A DNA stretch of 64,000 bases from Camelus dromedarius (taxonomy: Eukaryota): positions 102,426,001 to 102,490,000 of the forward strand of contig NC_087436.1 in assembly GCF_036321535.1 (NCBI RefSeq), in the 5' to 3' direction. Below are positions 51,493-63,742 of the stretch, piece after piece; within the stretch, counting starts at the first letter, position 1, and each line of letters starts with the position of its first letter. The position numbers and the translations under genes are program-made. The notes below the pieces were generated by a model, which was not told the DNA's origin, made no database searches, and saw only the letters and a program-made list of their open reading frames with translations.

Positions 51493-54489
51493 CTTCCCTT
51501 TGCCTTTTAAGAGTCTTCCAGAGTGCAGACACACATTTTTTTTTCCTTTTTTTTCTTTTCTTCGCTTTTCTTTTTCTCTGTGACCAAAATTCTGTCAGAC
51601 TTGCCACAAAGGAGATTGAGAAATGCAGTCTTTTAGCTGGGCACATTGATCAATATTCTGTTACTTTGGAAAATTTGGAAAATGGATGTTGCCTGTGAAA
51701 CAGTCTGTTCTATTTAGCTAGAAGTAATGAAGCTGGGGGTCAAACAGTATGGTTCTGGAAACCCTTTTTGCTATTCTCAAGTGGAAGAAATTTATACCGT
51801 TCTGTTTATTTTCTACTATTCTGAAACATACAAACTTACTCAGTCTGACTCTGTGGGCAGACTGGTCTGGTACAGCCAGGCGCACAGTCTACGTGAACTT
51901 TATCAGGATGTGAGTATATCTTGCTGTAGAAATACTGAGTCCTTTTCCTCTTATCGACATAGTAGCTAGTGAGTGGAAGTCATCACATAACATAATGGAG
52001 AAGAAATGCAGAGGATCAAGCTGTACTGGGGCCAATCTCAGACATTCCAAGATGTAACCATTCATAGTAGGACTTTTCTTCAGGTCTGTTGAAGGATGAG
52101 GGAGAAAAATAGTTTAATTTTGATGGAATACCAAGTGTACTAATGGACAGAAAAAAAATAAAAAGATAAGCAATAAAAAGAAGATAATGTTGCAAAGTTA
52201 GAATGGATAAAAAATGCAAGTAAACTTTCATGCCAGGCCAAATTTAATTTGATTGTGTATTTTATAGGGAGTGAGGAACCATCAAATCTTAAAGTAGGCT
52301 GAAAAAACTAAGAAACATTAAAGGAAAACAAATTGAAAACCCTTGCTGGCTTTAAAGGGGAGAAAATTGAAGATAGGAAAACCTGACAGGTGAGAGATGC
52401 ATTTATAGTAGATGTAATAGATAAAGTAATAAGGAAATGTGAATCATGTTTCAGGCAACATTTTCCTATGTCCCTAATTTGGCTGTAGACACCTCTGAAA
52501 ATACCCAGTGCCCCCAAACCCTAGACCTCATTGAAAGTTGCCCTGAATTCAACATTTGGCTGCAGAATGAAGAAAATATTCTGGAATTTTAGGTGCACTT
52601 CAAACTTCACAGTTCAGATTAAGTATATTTCCTCCTTTTGGAAGGAAGCAATTGTTCATTTTATTCTCTTTTTCACCTGGGATAGGAAAACATCAGTTAA
52701 TCAGTCTGAAGTTCAGATCCCCTCTGAACAGTTATGTTGAAAGCATGCAGTACCTTGGGAAAAAGAGAGTGCACTGTCTGCTCACTTACTCACCAGAAGT
52801 TTAACATGTTGAAGAACATCTTGTATTATTTGGAATCTATCCATCATTAAACATAAATGAAAAAGAGACTGTGATACACAAACTTGCCAATGCCAAATGG
52901 ATGCATGTATTAAAGACACTGTAACCATCTGGACTCAATATGGGACTCAGAATGTTCCCATTTATCAAATTATAATTCCCATACAATATTTTATATCTGT
53001 AATTCAATGTTGATGAAAACAGAATTGTTTTCAATTTGTCCAAGTGGGTTTCAGCAGTAGTAGTATAGAAAGCTAACACATTTATCAGTGGGGGGAGATT
53101 GGTGGCCCATAGAGAACTTTACTAAAACCCCCTTAGCTTTGTGGAATGAGGAAACACAGGGACAAATGTTAGTCACCATCAGAGGAACACTCAAAATTGT
53201 TAACAATAGGCATATTTGAGGATTATTCTTATCTCCATCTGTCTAAATTCATTCCCCCAATCTTTAGATTGCTACACTTTCTTATTTATTTGAATATTAC
53301 ACAGATTCCAAAGTGGAACCTTAGCTGCAGCTCCATAAAACCATCTTCATCACTACCATTCCACTACATTTCTTTCCCCTCCTAAAACTGGATACATTAC
53401 TGCTTCTACCAATCAACTGGCTTTTAACATGTGCTTTCTGCATGTAGAATAGGTGTTCCTTTCCTCCTCTTCTTATTTTTTTATCCACCTACCTTCTATC
53501 CTTCCTTCTTTCCTTTTTTCCCCAGAGAAACAATTTTTGTCATAAAAATTATATGTTAAACACAAATACAATAGGGAAAAAATAGAGATACTCTTTTTCA
53601 AGAAAGGGGTGTAAGGTCCTCTACTTTGTCTAGTAAGCCCATCTTGTATTTGAATGCGTCTATTGAAACCTCAGAATATCTCAATAGACTGTTAACACAA
53701 ACTGTAAAAAAATAATATAAATCATTCTGCGGTGCATATTGGCATTCTCTTCTCTCCTTGCTGCTTGAGGTAACAAGTGTCCTCTTCTTTCTCTCGTCTT
53801 TAGGTAATTGCTGACAAGAACACTCTTTCACTACCACTCCATCCAGACTTTCACCTCTTTTCAGAGCTAGTTCAGGGAGCCATCTATAATGGCAGGATTA
53901 AAGGTATTGAGCTGAAAAGTAAAAGGGGAAAAAGAAGGAATGATCAATCCTCTGGGACTCCTCTTTCCCTCTATATCCACTCTCTTCTCTCCCAAACTTC
54001 ATTAGGCAAACTGAACATTTTTTCTATTCCCCTCACCTACCTCTCACCTGGCCAGAATTCCTTAGTTAAATTTCCATAATTTCCTATATCTACTTGTTTC
54101 CTGAAATCTGTTGTCTTTCTTTATTCCTTGAGTTTCTCATTGACCAAATACTGGAACTCAAAGCTTGAAATAAGTGGAATCACTACCAAAGCAGGCGCTA
54201 GGTCTTGTGTCATGGCCTCAGTTGTATTCCGAGTCTACACTAACTGGTATAGACTTGTGAAGCACTTAAAAATATTTTCTTAACATACACAAATATTTTT
54301 ATTCCAAAAATTATGTAATGGAAAAAGTAGAAGAGAAAGGACAGAAAAGTACACCATGTATTTTCTGCCACTATAATATCCTTTCTAGTGTTAAAATAAT
54401 TTTATAAAACTCAAAATGATGGTGTGCTTACTTAAAAAGAATTATGGTATATTGACTACCTAAAATATACTTTGCATTTTTCTGAACGA

Positions 54490-54685
54490 TGTATATGTAT
54501 TTTATATCATATTTATTATCATTGCAATCCCTTTAAGGAAATATTGCTTATCCACTTTTAACAGAAATAGAAACTGTGTCAGAGAAGTTAAGTAGTATTC
54601 CCAAGATAACATCTGCCCTCTTAATAGGAGAGTTGGGATTTGATTTCAGATTTAGGCTTATCCAAAGTCCGTATCTATTTTACGG
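54490..54685 (-). mobile_element. MIR SINE
   Basis: TTATCCACTTTTAACAGAAATAGAAACTGTGTCAGAGAAGTTAAGTAG...CCCAAGATAACA...GAGTTGGGATTTGA. Confidence 0.75.
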
Positions 54686-54877
54686 CATTTACCCATAATA
54701 TTACGTTATTTAACTTGGGGTCAGATTGAGATAAGGCAAATCCTACTAAAAACAATGAGCACCATGAAAAAGGCTATTCTTCCAGGCAGTTAGACAAAAG
54801 GGTACGATTAGAGATCTTGTTGAGGAAATAGTTATCATGCACCCTTGTTTCTTCCTCTTTGCCAGCACCTGAACTTT

Positions 54878-55398
54878 TGTAACAGAGAACAAACCTGACT
54901 CCTTTAGCTCTAACCCTTGTGCTCCGTTGCCTGTGCTTAGTCATGCTGGCTCTACATCTTTTGTAAAAGACGGTTGTCTATAGCCTGAAATATACATGAT
55001 AGCCCATTCTCAAGGCTCTGACCTTTAAATGTTTAACACTTTTCCATTCTTCTAGAGATAAAAAGTCACAGAGCAGAGAATAGTATTTTTTTTTTTTTTG
55101 GAGGTTTACAGGAACATTGTGACCAAACATACTTGAACTTCAAAAATGTTCTGCAAGCTGCAAGAACAAACGATTTCTGCACCAAGAAGTTTACAACAAT
55201 CGGGTACACTCCTTCCCCTTTTAGTATAAAAGCAGTCTGAATTCTAACTCAGGTAGGATGGTTCTTTGGAACACTAGTTCACCATCTTCTCAGTGTATTG
55301 GCTTTCTGAATAAAATCACCAATCCTTGCCCCAACACCTTGTCTCTCGATTTATTGGGCTGTTATGTGGCAAGCGGTATGGGCTTGGATTCTGTAACA
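54878..55398 (+). mobile_element. Complete solo LTR, ERV1 (MER41-like artiodactyl family, tentative name)
   Basis: TGTAACAG...CTGTAACA ends with a 4-bp TSD CTTT (54874-54877, 55399-55402); TATAAAA at 55225-55231; AATAAA at 55309-55314. Confidence 0.9.
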
Positions 55399-55556
55399 CT
55401 TTTTTTTTTTTTTTTAAAGCAGCATGAGTAGGCATGGTAGTTGATATCGGAGATATGTAGAACATTCAGTGACTACACTTCTACATGACATTGAACTTTG
55501 AAGTGCCAAGCAACTGGTCAGTCTATGAACTGGGACAGCCTGAATATCATATTATC

Positions 55557-55735
55557 TTTTTTTTTAAAATTGAAATATTGTTGGTTTACAATGTTGTGTT
55601 AATTTCTGGTGTGCGGCATAGTGATTCAGTTATACATACATATACTCCTTTTCATATTCTTTTTCATTATAGGCTATTATAAGATATTGAATAGAATTCC
55701 CTGTCATATATAGTAGGAACTTGTTATTTATCACT
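55557..55735 (-). mobile_element. LINE-1 3'UTR tip
   Basis: Poly-T then TTTACAATGTTGTGTTAATTTCTGGTGT...AAGATATTGAATAGAATTCCCTGT, reverse complement of 21640-21790. Confidence 0.9.
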
Positions 55736-56076
55736 TTATCTGTATAAACTATTTTCTACATTGAATTTTAAATCCTTGAGGACTGGCCTCTGTTTGATAT
55801 GTTTTGTCTAATTGCTTAAAATGGGAACTTTTCATAACAGGTTCTCAAAAGATAAGGATATAGTCTTCAGATTGCCATCTAAACACTTTCCAACAGAATT
55901 TCAAAAGCTTGGTACTTGGTAAGGATGATGTCTTCCATATACCCTGAAACAAATGTGATGCTGAAAATACTTGTGTTTGTTGACTTACCTGTCACCAGGT
56001 ATATAAACAAAATTCATCATATTTAGAAGAGTATATTAATCTTTAGACATACATCAAAAAGATTTATTTTGTTCTT

Positions 56077-56208
56077 ATTTTTTTAACTGAGGTATAATTG
56101 ACATATAACATTATATTTGTTTCAGGTATACAAAATAATAATTCAATATTTGTGTATATTGTGAAATAATCATCATAATAAGTCTAATTAAGATCTGTCA
56201 CCATATAC
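56077..56208 (-). mobile_element. Older LINE-1 (L1MA-type) 3' tip
   Basis: TTTTAACTGAGGTATAATTGACATATAACATTATATTTGTTTCAGGTATACAA. Confidence 0.8.
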
Positions 56209-57069
56209 CTGGATGTGTCTAAACTCTCTAAGTAAGCTCACTTCTGCTGGATATTGCAACCTTTGGGCAGTGTTGATGTAAGACTTCGGGAGGCAGAGCA
56301 GGGCTTCAGAGCTCAAGGGGCAGGAACGAACGGGGAGAGTCAGAGATACAGAGTAATGTCCCGGGTGCAAGCAGGAGATGAGGTGCTAGGGTCGAAGGCC
56401 CTCAGAAAGGGTTAAAAAGAGGGTCTGAAGCTCAGGACTTAGCATAGGATGAGACATGCAGCTGTCGTGCAGTGCTTGGTCTCTACAAAGTCAGAGCCTT
56501 GGCGTCTGATAATGCTCAGCCACATCACAGGCTCATATTCAGGCTTCCTCTCGGGGGATCATCCTTGTCCTCCAGTGACATCAGGGAGGTACAGGCTTCA
56601 GGTACCATTCACCTTCAAACTTAGCAAAAGTGAGAGAAACACAGTCAACTGCCAGCCAGCTGCTGAAACCTCAGTCCCTATCAGCAGTTCTGGTGGCCCA
56701 CTGGGCAGAAGCCTGTAGCCCAGAACCTTACATCAGTGCCGGCTGGGGAGCAAGCTTCCGGAACCAGCGGCTCTGAGAATCGACATACCTCAGGGACACC
56801 TGGTCTTTGCATCGAGGGCCCAAGACATACCTCCTTAGTGTTCTGTATCCTTCATGGGAGCTAGAAGCCCCGCCTCCACATGTGCCCCCCCCACCCCCCA
56901 GACGTGTGATCAGCAGAGACTCTCACTCATGAGGTACCTGGTGTCTTCTGCTAGGCCCTCAAGGGGGGTGGGGGACATGTTTTAAAAGATAATCAATTTA
57001 ACCCCATTGGCTACTTCTCAGACTAATTTTCTTCTGTTTATATACTGACTTCCTAGTTTTCTTCTTCCA

Positions 57070-58097
57070 GACAACCCAAGTTCATAGGTTCAAGTCCAGC
57101 CATTACGTCTTTGCTGAACAAGAGACATGTTTATTCAGCCTTTTATTCAATATTTCCTTTGGAATATATAACTTGTAATACTATAAAACTCACTTTTAAG
57201 CTCCATTTAAACCCAGTGTCCCCATATATTCCTTATCTTAATAATGGCATCTCTTTTCTTCCAGTGACTCAGATCAAAAATCTTGGCACTGTCCTGGAAA
57301 CTCTCTTTCTCTCCCATCCTTTATTCAATCCATCAACAAATTCTGTAGTTCAATCTTCAAAATGTTTCTGAAATTCTTTCCACAAATACCACCTAAGTCC
57401 AAGTTTATAACATATCTGAACTGGAACATTGAAATCTCCTCTCAAATGGTCTTTTCTCCCCCAATATTAGCACCCCTCACACATATATATCTATAAGTCT
57501 ATCTTTTTCAAATGATTCTTTTAGATTTGAATATGTCCCTGACACTCCTCTAATCAAAGTTCTCCAATGGTTTCCCATCACACTCAGAAAAATATTCACA
57601 TTTTCTCCTAGGTTCTGACATGAGCAGGTCCATGACTGCTCCCTTACTCATCTCTTATTGCCTCTTCTTTCCTCATTGAGTTTCTGCCATGCTTCTAACA
57701 TTTCAAAAACTCTCCTGCTTTGGAGTCATTGGCTTATTTATTCTCATATTCTTCTAGATAGCTCCATGACCGATTCTTCTTTCATACAGATGCCAGCCCA
57801 AATTTCTTGTCCAAAGAAAGGCATTTTTCTGAGAGCCTAGATTAAATAGAAGTCCGCTATACATGAAAAACTTCTTCTTATTTTAAAATAATTCATCTTA
57901 CACTTATCAGCATGTGACAGCATATAAATAAAATATGTGTATGTATATTAATATCAGATAGTGATTTATTAATTCTTTAGTATTTTCCCCAATAAACAGA
58001 CTATAAGTACCATGGGAGCAAAGATAATATTTATATTGACTAAGGTATCTGACATTTAAGAGATGCAAAATTAATATATTTTAATAAATAAATAAGT
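57070..58097 (+). mobile_element. LINE-2 (L2a-like) 3' ~1 kb
   Basis: AATGGCATCTCTTTTCTTCCAGTGACTCAGATCAAAAATCTTGG...CAATCCATCAACAAATTCTGT...CTCCAATGGTTTCCCATCACACTCAGAA...CTATAAGTACCATGGGAGCA. Confidence 0.8.
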
Positions 58098-58214
58098 TAG
58101 GATGATTATACAATTCCTATATATCAAAAACAAACATAAATAGAATTTAGAACAAAAAGCTTAAAGAAGAAAAATATTTTCAACATATGCCAAAAAAAAT
58201 TTAAAAGCCTAAAA

Positions 58215-58980
58215 GTGGAACTTTGAAAATCTCCCTGAAAATTGGTGTATCCAAAACCTTCCCCATCCCAATTGACAGCAACTTCTCCTTTCCACTCATC
58301 AAGTCCAAAATTCTTAGAGATTTCCTTGACTCCTCACGTTCTCTTACAAATTCCTTTAATCCACCAATCCAGTTGCCTCCAGCTTCCAAATATACCCAAA
58401 CTCATCACATTTGCTACCCCTTTGCTCCACAGTCATCATCATGCCTAGGTTACAGTCATATTCTCCTACAAACTTCAGACTTTTAATTTAACAGCAGCCA
58501 GAGTGATGACTTTATACTGAATGGCATGCATTTGGAATTCCTTAGGTATCGAATTCTATAGATATAGATACAGTTGAACAACATTGAACAACATGGGGGT
58601 TAGGGATGTTGACCCTCCACAGGGTCGAAAATCCACATATAACTTTACATTTGGCCATCATATTCCCAGTTCTGCATCCACAGATTCACCCAACAGCTGA
58701 TGGTGTAGTACTGCATATGTATACAGTGAAAAAACCTGTGTGTAAGTGGTCCTGCAGTTCAAACCTGTGGTGCTCAAGAGTCCACTGTATAGTCAATTCT
58801 TTTCCACTTTTATCAAGCCATTTCCCATAATTACTTTTTTAAAATTAATTGATTACTTATTTATCACACTCGCTATTGTGAGCTAATTGAGGTTAATGAA
58901 ACAGTTCAGTCTGTCATCTTTGTGCTCTTCAGAACTGCTTTAACACATTAGGCACTCAATACATGTTCTTTGAATAAGTC
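58215..58980 (+). mobile_element. Second LINE-2 fragment, interrupted by a Tigger MITE
   Basis: TTGACAGCAACTTCTCCTTTCCACTCATCAAGTCCAAAATTCTTAGAG and tail ACACATTAGGCACTCAATACATGTTCTTTGAATAA. Confidence 0.65.
58571..58787. mobile_element. Tigger2a-like Tc1/mariner MITE
   Basis: TA|CAGTTG...CACTG|TA termini with TA target duplication; TTGAACAACATGGGGGTTAGGG and GTAAGTGGTCCTGCAGTTCAAACC subterminal motifs. Confidence 0.88.
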
Positions 58981-59754
58981 GACAAATTATACTGCTGCTT
59001 CTTTGCCCAGACTCCTTAGTAGAAGCTTTACCTTCCTTCCTTTCCAAGGAATTCACGTTTCAGATGAAAAAAAAAAAAATTCCCCCAGGAATAGCAATCA
59101 AAAAGTTCCATGTACCATTCCTCCCTTCAGGGTCTTTTTTTATTGACTCATTAATAAGCATTAATTGTCCATAACTGCAAATATCCTTGCAAGAAAACAC
59201 TGACAAATTTCTTATAATCTCAAATGAGATACTTGCAGTCTCAAACACTGTTACAGAGTTAGAAAAGGAAATTTATTTTTTTAATCCATATACCATTTAA
59301 CATCCACTTATAATGGATCATAGGCAAAAGCCTAAGCTCTCTAAATGGATGATGGCTTGATCTGGAGCTATTCATAATTGAATCACTGATTCATTGAAGA
59401 AAATTCAGTAAGAAATGAAATACCTAGATACTGAAGGTGGATGCACTTAACTGGGGTTAAGATGGAGAAGATAGTCAACGTAAACCGAAAAGAAAAAGTG
59501 AAGAAACATTCAAAGGATAATACTCTGCATGTTTTCTTAATAGAATTGCCTGAATGTCAGGTACTTCTCTGACAGTAATTGAAATGAAAATCATACATGG
59601 GAAAAAAATCACTGAAAGGATCAGTGATTTTGGCAGAATTATAATGATGAAGAAGTGTGGCTCTATATGGTAGACAACACAATAAAGTGAAAAGAAAGTG
59701 AGAGAGCTCAATTACGTCTTGGTAGGACTTAAATATACGAAAAAGCGACCAGCT

Positions 59755-60008
59755 AGAGATCTATCCTCTCAGCAAATGTGAAGTATGCAATGCAGTATTG
59801 TTAGCCATCCTCACCATGCTGTGTATTAGGTGTCCAGAACTCATGCATCTTGCATAACTGAAGCTTTGTACCCTTTGGCAACCATCTCCTCCTCCTCACC
59901 TCCAAGCCTGGCAACCACTATTCTACTCTACTTCTATGAATCTGACTATTTCACGTTCCCCATAAAAGTGAGATTATGCAGTATTTGTATTTCTGTGTCT
60001 GGCTTATA
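59755..60008 (-). mobile_element. LINE-1 L1MA-type 3'UTR fragment
   Basis: CATCTTGCATAACTGAAGCTTTGTACCCTTTG...CCTGGCAACCACTATTCTACTCT. Confidence 0.85.
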
Positions 60009-60449
60009 CTAAATCTTCTACACACACACACAGACACACACTACCTATAACACACAAGAATAATATAACAGTTCTGACTCTCAGTGAATAAATGGCTACT
60101 GTGACATAAAAAAGAAAAATAAACTCATGTTGAGGGAGTCTGGGAGATGGGAAACATCCAAGGCTAATATTATTCAGAGTTCTTGGAAACTACTATAAAT
60201 ACAACATTATTGGGCTTTATGGAAAAATGTCTGTTATGTGCTGTGTGTTATATCACTGTATGACGCAGCTGAGGTTCAGAGTGATAAGTAACTTCTCATT
60301 TTATGGAGAAGACCTTGGGTGTGATTCCAAAAATCTTGCAAATAAGTTAATTATTTTGATTTTTCTTGAAGAATATGATTATCTCTTTTCATAACAGCAA
60401 AATTACTTGGTATTTTAAAACTCTATTTCCATATAACAGGGCATGACAG

Positions 60450-60650
60450 TGGGAATCACATAGAATTTGACGTTAGAGAACTAGATTTAAATCTGAGCTT
60501 TGATTTTGATAGCAATGGAACTTTGAAAAGTTACTTAACCTCTCAAAGCTTTAGTTTCTTCATGTGCAAGCCATTATAGTAAGATATAGTTGCAGAATTG
60601 TTTGGTTAATAAGGGGTGATATGCTTCAAAACACTTTTAAACTAAAAGTT
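60450..60650 (+). mobile_element. MIR SINE
   Basis: CTAGATTTAAATCTGAGCT...AAGTTACTTAACCTCTCAAAGCTTTAGTTTCTTCATGTGCAA. Confidence 0.7.
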
Positions 60651-61643
60651 ACAAAATATATTTCCAACTATATTACATAAGAAAGCAAAACACTTGGAAA
60701 AAAATCTAATAAAGTGCCTTTTGGAATTGTTTTTTTTTTTTAAACTCAAACAGAATAAAAAAGTTATTCTGCTTTAAAAAATGGCACTCCAAATTCAAAA
60801 GAACCACTTTTCTAAAGGGTGCTTCTAAAGCAGAATTATATTTCTCCGGGTAGGTTTCCATAAGAGCTGTTTTCTCTGGAAGATGTTTGATGGGTAGGAA
60901 CACGTTTAAGCCCCATTCCTAACTACGTATGAAAGACAAGGAGAGAATGGTGCCATCAACAGGCTCCTTATCTCTCTCTTTCCTTTCTTATGGCACTTTA
61001 CATTAGATGAGATTTTAGTAAAAACGGAGGACAAAGGTGGTATTTTTCTTTTCTAGTGGGCAAAAAAGTTGCAATGTCAGTCATTGACAGTCCTTAAAGC
61101 ATATCTTCTATTGACTGACAACTTTTAAGGCAATGCTACTTTGCCCAAGGAATGACTGAGATATCAGACTTCATAGTTAAGGATGCTCTTTAAGAACTCC
61201 AGGGGGTTGCGATGTTCTTACTGCTCAAAAAGTGTAAGTGAGAGACCCCACAATGCTGCTGTACAAAATCCCTTTTTCATTCCACCTAATCCCCTTCACC
61301 ATTTCCTCTTCTGAGCCTCAGCTTCATGGCCACTTTAGCTCTTTGAAGGTTGTTTATCTGACCCCCATCCACGTGAATCACTGCAGGCCAAATTCTGCTC
61401 TTGCAAGTACATGACAGTCAAGGGGAGCTGCCAGCCTGTATCCAAGGGCTGAATTTAGCACCGTAGGTGGTGGTTGTTCTCTAAGAAGTGTAAACAAACC
61501 CATCAGAAAAAGCAGCTAAGCTAGGCAAGTGGTTGGGAGTGATGTTTTACTAAGGTATCCAGATGAAGATTTTTATATGGCCTTGCAGACCTAATTGTGT
61601 TTTTTCCTTCTTTTTATTTTATGTACTTCCAGTTCCACTGTGA

Positions 61644-61806
61644 TTTTTTTTTTAATGGAAGTATAGTTGATTTACAATATTGTGTTATTTTCTGGTGTAC
61701 AGCCTAGTAATTCAGATATATATATTCTTTTTCATATTCTTTTAACATTATAACAGACTTATGATTACCAAAGGGGAAAGAGGGGAAGGGATAAATTAGG
61801 AGTTTG
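61644..61806 (-). mobile_element. Short LINE-1 3' tip with 5' inversion
   Basis: 61644-61750 is antisense L1 3' end; 61751-61806 is a sense-oriented upstream 3'UTR piece; near-perfect TSD TGT(G/C)ATTTTT. Confidence 0.85.
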
Positions 61807-61927
61807 TCATTTTTATAAACATCTACAGGTTTAAAATGTTGTAGGTTTCTAGAAAAAATATTACGTCTTATAACGGTATTATTACTGTAGACCATTATAT
61901 TTGAAAGTACTCCCAAATTCTCTTTTT

Positions 61928-63529
61928 GGACTCAAATCAAAATGGCAGAGTAGGAGGACTTGGAACTCACCTCCCTACCAAGAACACATCAAAAATACAC
62001 CTACATGTGGAACAATCCTCACTGAAAACTAACTGAAGACTAGCAGAATGACTCCTGTACAAACAAGGCTGTAAGGAAGATACAAACCGAATCAGGTAGG
62101 AAGGGAAGAGAAGCAATCAGGACCTGTGTTCCTGGGAGGAAACTCAGAAGAAAAGGCAGGTTATAAGCACAGAGACTGCCCCTGGGGAGTGAGTGGTTCA
62201 AGTCATATTTTGGACACCCCAGCCCTGGGATTCAACCAAAGAAAGACAAGCCTCCTTGTCTGGTTGGAGTGCTCATGGGACCAACATAAGGGCTGTAGGA
62301 AGCTTGGACTCTGCTCCTGAGGAATGAGTGAACGTTTGCTTGCTCCCAAAACAGGGAGGAAAGGAGGGACTGAAACCATGCAGCTGGCTGACTGCTTTCT
62401 CATGACCTCCCTGGTGCACACCCCCAGCTGAACCTACTGAACACTCCAGCACCCTTGGCCTCCTGTTACAGCTCCACACTGGAGCATGCGCAGCCATGAC
62501 CAAGGAAAAAGCTCAGCCATAAGATGCTACAAAGGTTCAAACCCTAAGCTGTGTCTAAGCAGGAAGGGGGCAGCCATTACTGTCAATTTTGCAAGTTGTA
62601 CATCAGAGGCAGATCAGATCTCTGACAACCACCAGATCACCACATCCTGTACCCTGACCCTTGTTGAATACCTAAACTAGCCTCACTTGCACCAGCATTG
62701 CTCTCCCCTGGGGCTGAGGGTGCCAGTGCTGGGAGGGGAAAGAGCACACACGTAAAGGGAACTCAGGGCTTCTGTTCCAGCAGCTTGGGACCTGATCCCA
62801 CCCCCAACAGGGTAGTGAGAGCCTCTGAGCAGAGAGGAAGCCCCACCTCACAACTGGCTCTGACTCTAACACTTCCATCTCCATCCTTCCTTCCTACCAA
62901 GGTGATATCTGCCAACACACCATGAGGAAAAACATGACTTATGTTCACATCAAACCCAGCCCCCCACCAAAGCCATTGGACACACACAGACTGTACAGGG
63001 ATGCTCCCACATAAGGACACTCCTTCAAGGCTGCCATAGGTAAACGTTTCACATAATTTCACAGAGAAGAGAAAGATGAGCAAAATGAGAAGACAGAGGA
63101 ATTTGTTTCAATTGAAAAAGCAAGAGAAAAACCCTGAAAAAAAAAATATCTAATGAAACAGAATAAATACTTTACTAGATAAGGAATTCAAAGCATTAGT
63201 AATTAAAATGCTAACTGAATTAGAAAAGTGTTGAAGAACACAGTGAGAATTTTAATACGGAACTAGAAAATATTAAAAAGAACCAGTAAAAAGTGAAGAA
63301 TATAGCAAATAAAATGAAAACATACTAGAAGGAATGAATAGCAGACTGGGTGATACAGACAAATGCATAAGTGATCTGGAAGATAGAATAATGGAAATCC
63401 TCCAATAAGTACAGCAAAAACCAAAAAATTAAAAAAGAGAACAGTTTAAGTGATCTTTGGAATAATATCAAGCATATCAACATTCTCATTAGATAGTTTT
63501 CAGGAGAAGAGAGAGAGAAAGGGTTTGAA
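61928..63529 (+). mobile_element. LINE-1 5'UTR and first half of ORF1 (decayed)
   Basis: AAAATGGCAGAGTAGGAGGACTTGGAACTCACC start homologous to 17030-17150; GC-rich UTR; ORF1 start AAAATGAAGAGACAGAGGAA at ~63085; GATCTGGAAGATAGAATAATGGAAATC shared with 17746-17772. Confidence 0.92.
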
Positions 63530-63532
63530 TAC

Positions 63533-63742
63533 AGGGCCAAATGGAAGCCTCTTAAATGGATCCCTTTCATAAAATACAATAAATCATGAACAAAATACAG
63601 CCCAAGGGAAAATAATGGCACCTATGGAAAGTTTTAAAATGCAGATTGTGGTCCCCATGGTATAACTATTTAATTCACCATCTTAACTCCTAAAAACCAG
63701 TTGAGCCAAGGATTATGAACAGAACAACTTACAAACATAGTG
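63533..63742 (+). mobile_element. Decayed ERVL pol (start of reverse transcriptase) fragment
   Basis: AGGGCCAAATGGAAGCCTCTTAAA = RAKWKPLK and TTTAATTCACCA = FNSP at roughly the expected spacing of the ERVL pol KAKWKPL...PFNSPIW motifs; frameshifted. Confidence 0.65.

Noticed and set aside
53598..53837. ORF beginning MVVKECSCQ, reminiscent of the TGF-beta family C-terminal motif
   Set aside because: The motif sits at the ORF start, no upstream cystine-knot cysteines are visible, it does not stop after CxC, and the start is a GTG. Most likely chance.
31410..55398. Two related LTRs as the ends of one provirus
   Set aside because: Opposite orientation, different TSDs, 23 kb apart and no gag/pol/env between them.
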